The notes beneath the pieces are model-generated. The model was not told the origin of the DNA. It worked only from the letters and a program-made list of their open reading frames with translations, and made no database searches. 36,994 bases of DNA from NCBI GenBank assembly GCA_002069755.1, contig MWBX01000004.1:1-36994 (forward strand), read 5' to 3'. The translations under genes and the position numbers were made by a program. Source of the DNA: Parcubacteria group bacterium ADurb.Bin247 (GTDB lineage Bacteria; Patescibacteriota; Minisyncoccia; Minisyncoccales; CSSED10-335). Numbering within the stretch: the first letter of the stretch is position 1; the number at the start of each line of letters is the position of its first letter. Below are positions 34,711 through 36,994 of the stretch, piece by piece.

Positions 34711-34899
34711 TTAGAGTATAAAATTTCTTAAAAAAGTTGTAAAAATATAATCAAAACCACCAAGGATTATTGCTGTTAATATGGAAACCGCAATTACAAT
34801 CATTCCATATTTAATGGCATAACTTGAGGTAGGCCAAGTTACCTTAGCTGTTTCTTGTTTAACCTCTCTTAAAAATAATGTTATCTTGTTTGCAATCAT
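34711..34899 (-). CDS. secE: Preprotein translocase subunit SecE
   Basis: FLREVKQETAKVTWPT plus a single TM, in the position before nusG. I prefer ATG 34899; the track's TTG start at 34935 is the -35 box of the promoter below. Confidence 0.75.
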   Translation of the reverse strand: MIANKITLFLREVKQETAKVTWPTSSYAIKYGMIVIAVSILTAIILGGFDYIFTTFLRNFIL

Positions 34900-34906
34900 G
34901 TTTTGT

Positions 34907-34935
34907 ATAATAGCTAAACAAAGCTCTTTTGTCAA
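34907..34935 (-). promoter_or_regulatory. Near-consensus promoter giving a leaderless secE mRNA
   Basis: On the minus strand: TTGACA (34935..34930), 17 nt, TATTAT (34912..34907), then 7 nt (ACAAAAC) before ATG 34899. Confidence 0.5.
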
Positions 34936-34937
34936 CC

Positions 34938-36851
34938 TTAAATATCTAAATTTCTAGCGCTTTTAGCTCTACTTTGGATAAATTTCTTACGAGATAAAAC
35001 ATCATCGCCCATCAAAACATCAAAAACTTTATCGGCCTCTTGAGCATCTTCTATTTTAACTTGCAAGAGAACCCTATTCTCGGGGTTCATGGTTGTCTCC
35101 CAAAGTTGTTCAGGATTCATTTCGCCCAAACCTTTATACCTCTGAATTGAAATATTTACTTTCTCCTTGCTCATAGAATCTACAATCTCTTGTTTTTCAT
35201 CTTCTAAATAGGCGTACTCTACCCTTTTGCCTGCTTGTATTTTATACAATGGTGGTTGAGCAACATAAACATAACCAGCCTCTATCAATGCCTTAAAATA
35301 TCTATAAAAAAGAGTAAGAATTAGTGTTTTGATATGATTTCCATCAGAATCAGCATCAGCCATGATAATAATTCTATGATATCTTAATTTCTCAATATTA
35401 AAGTCCTCAGCAATTGCGGTTCCAAGAGCAATAATCAGTGCTTTGATTTCTTTAGAAGCAAGTATCTTGTCTAGGCGAGCTCGCTCAACATTCAAAATCT
35501 TTCCCCTCAATGGCAATATTGCCTGAAATCTTCTATCTCTTGCTCCCTTACAAGAACCTCCAGCAGACTCACCCTCTACAATATACAACTCTGATTCTTC
35601 AGGTTTTCTAGAAGAACAATCAGCAAGCTTGCCTGGTAATGATAGACCCTCTAAAACACCTTTTCTCAATACTGTTTCCCTAGCTGCTTTGGCCGCTTTT
35701 CTGGCCTTAGAAGATAAAAGACATTTCTCAATTATAATCTTAGCATCTTGAGGATTTCTTTCTAAAAAATCCGTCAATTGCTCAGCCACAACCGCTTCAA
35801 CGGCAGGCCTAACTTCAGGGTTGCCCAACTTCGCTTTAGTTTGTCCTTCAAACTGAGGCTCTCTAATTTTAACAGATACTACCGCAGTAAGACCCTCTCT
35901 CACATCTTCTCCCCCAAGATTATCATCAGTATTTTTTAATATCCCATTCTTTTTAGCATAATCATTTAACGTTCTAGTTAATACGGATCTAAAACCAGTT
36001 AAATGACTTCCCCCTTCTTTAGTAATAATATTATTAGCAAAACTCTCTTCATAAGGTTCATATTCTTCAGTGTAGACAAAAGAAGCTTCAACAACAATTT
36101 CGTCTTTAACTCCAAAACAATAAAACACATTTGGATGTCTTTTTGTCACTCCCCGCGTTAAATGCTTAATATAAGACAACAATCCTCCTTCAAAATAAAA
36201 AAAGTATCCTTTTTTATCTTTTGGATCTCTAAAATCAAAAAAACTAACCGCAATTGATTTAGTTAAATAAGATTGTTGCCTCAAATGGGATAATATTTTT
36301 TTAGAATTAAAAGATATTTCTTTAAATATAGTTGGATCAGGTTGGAAAGTAATTACCGTTCCCCTTTTATTTGTTTTTCCGTCTTTTATAAGCTTAGTTT
36401 TTACCTTACCTTGAGAATACTCTTGATAATATTTATAACCATCGCGATAAACATCAGCACGCATCCACATAGATAAAGCGCAAACAACAGAAATACCAAC
36501 CCCATGAAGACCACCAGATACTTGATATGCATCTCCTCCAAATTTTCCACCAGCATGAAGTGTTGTCATAACAGTTTCTAAAGCAGATTTCTTTGTTTGA
36601 GCATGAGTATCTATTGGTATTCCTCTACCATCGTCTGCCACACTAACTATATTGTCTGGTAAAAGCGTAATTTCAATATTTTTTGCATAACCCCCAATAG
36701 CTTCATCTAAAGAGTTGTCAGTGCACTCCCATATTAAATGATGCAAACCCTCGGTTCCCGTAGAACCAATATACATACCAGGTCTTTTCCTAACAGGGTC
36801 TAGGCCCTCTAAAACAAAAATGTCTTTTGAAGTGTATTCCTTTTTTGCCAT
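34938..36851 (-). CDS. gyrB: DNA gyrase subunit B
   Basis: LEGLDPVRKRPGMYIGST, GGLHGVG, EGESAGGS, PLRGKILNVE, and the Toprim motif IMADADSDGNHI. Confidence 0.95.
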   Translation of the reverse strand: MAKKEYTSKDIFVLEGLDPVRKRPGMYIGSTGTEGLHHLIWECTDNSLDEAIGGYAKNIEITLLPDNIVSVADDGRGIPIDTHAQTKKSALETVMTTLHAGGKFGGDAYQVSGGLHGVGISVVCALSMWMRADVYRDGYKYYQEYSQGKVKTKLIKDGKTNKRGTVITFQPDPTIFKEISFNSKKILSHLRQQSYLTKSIAVSFFDFRDPKDKKGYFFYFEGGLLSYIKHLTRGVTKRHPNVFYCFGVKDEIVVEASFVYTEEYEPYEESFANNIITKEGGSHLTGFRSVLTRTLNDYAKKNGILKNTDDNLGGEDVREGLTAVVSVKIREPQFEGQTKAKLGNPEVRPAVEAVVAEQLTDFLERNPQDAKIIIEKCLLSSKARKAAKAARETVLRKGVLEGLSLPGKLADCSSRKPEESELYIVEGESAGGSCKGARDRRFQAILPLRGKILNVERARLDKILASKEIKALIIALGTAIAEDFNIEKLRYHRIIIMADADSDGNHIKTLILTLFYRYFKALIEAGYVYVAQPPLYKIQAGKRVEYAYLEDEKQEIVDSMSKEKVNISIQRYKGLGEMNPEQLWETTMNPENRVLLQVKIEDAQEADKVFDVLMGDDVLSRKKFIQSRAKSARNLDI

Positions 36852-36900
36852 TTTAATTATTTATTTTACTCCTTCATTCTAACTTAATTTGTATTAAAAA

Positions 36901-36924
36901 ACAAGAGGTGTTTTTGCCTCTTGT
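36901..36924 (-). terminator. Hairpin terminator between tRNA-Asp and gyrB
   Basis: ACAAGAGG/CCTCTTGT 8-bp stem. On the minus strand it is followed by TTTTTTAATAC. Confidence 0.55.
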
Positions 36925-36933
36925 TTGTTCTTT

Positions 36934-36994
36934 TGGCGCGGGCGATGGGATTCGAACCCACGATCTCTACCGTGACAAGGTAGCGCTTTAACCG
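36934..36994 (-). tRNA. tRNA-Asp (anticodon GTC), 3' part only (5' end is beyond the window); CCA encoded
   Basis: The reverse complement reads ...CTACC-TTGTCAC-GGTAG...GTGGG-TTCGAAT-CCCAT-CGCCCGC-G-CCA. Confidence 0.85.

Overview
The window is AT-rich (about 25-35% GC by hand counts), densely packed and mostly transcribed from the minus strand. Gene content and style fit a reduced-genome bacterium of the Patescibacteria/CPR (Parcubacteria-like) type; I infer this from overall character, not from a search. TGA is used as a normal stop, so the genetic code is standard.

Recognisable housekeeping genes:
- Replication and nucleotide metabolism: gyrB, dnaE, rnhB, tmk, a dCMP deaminase and deoC.
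- Transcription, translation and RNA processing: secE-nusG-rplK, gatB, miaB-miaA, rpmF-nusB-rnc-rpsP, a KH-domain protein, trmD and rplJ-rplL.
- Other: a P-type cation ATPase and def-mltG.
- A compact run of tRNA-Tyr, tRNA-Thr, rpmG and tRNA-Trp, plus tRNA-Val and a partial tRNA-Asp.

The accessory part is at the left end (1-10.7 kb). It holds two tandem Fn3-like/DUF11 surface proteins and a single-gene high-GC island (about 55% GC) encoding an unrecognisable membrane-anchored protein. It also holds an operon of a small membrane protein, a membrane-anchored Clp-like AAA+ ATPase with a degenerate first ATPase domain, a CAP/SCP-domain protein and a sortase. An orphan PAS histidine kinase and a PP2C-like/NHL membrane protein follow.

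Features not in the ORF track:
- A 56-aa hyper-acidic ORF with its own near-consensus promoter and terminator.
- A 28-aa hydrophobic peptide ORF in a hairpin-rich spacer.
- A decayed pseudouridine synthase remnant.
- Several promoters placed so close to the ATG that the mRNAs would be leaderless.
- A tRNA whose 3' end abuts the def start codon.

All family calls come from motif recognition by eye. No database search was possible.
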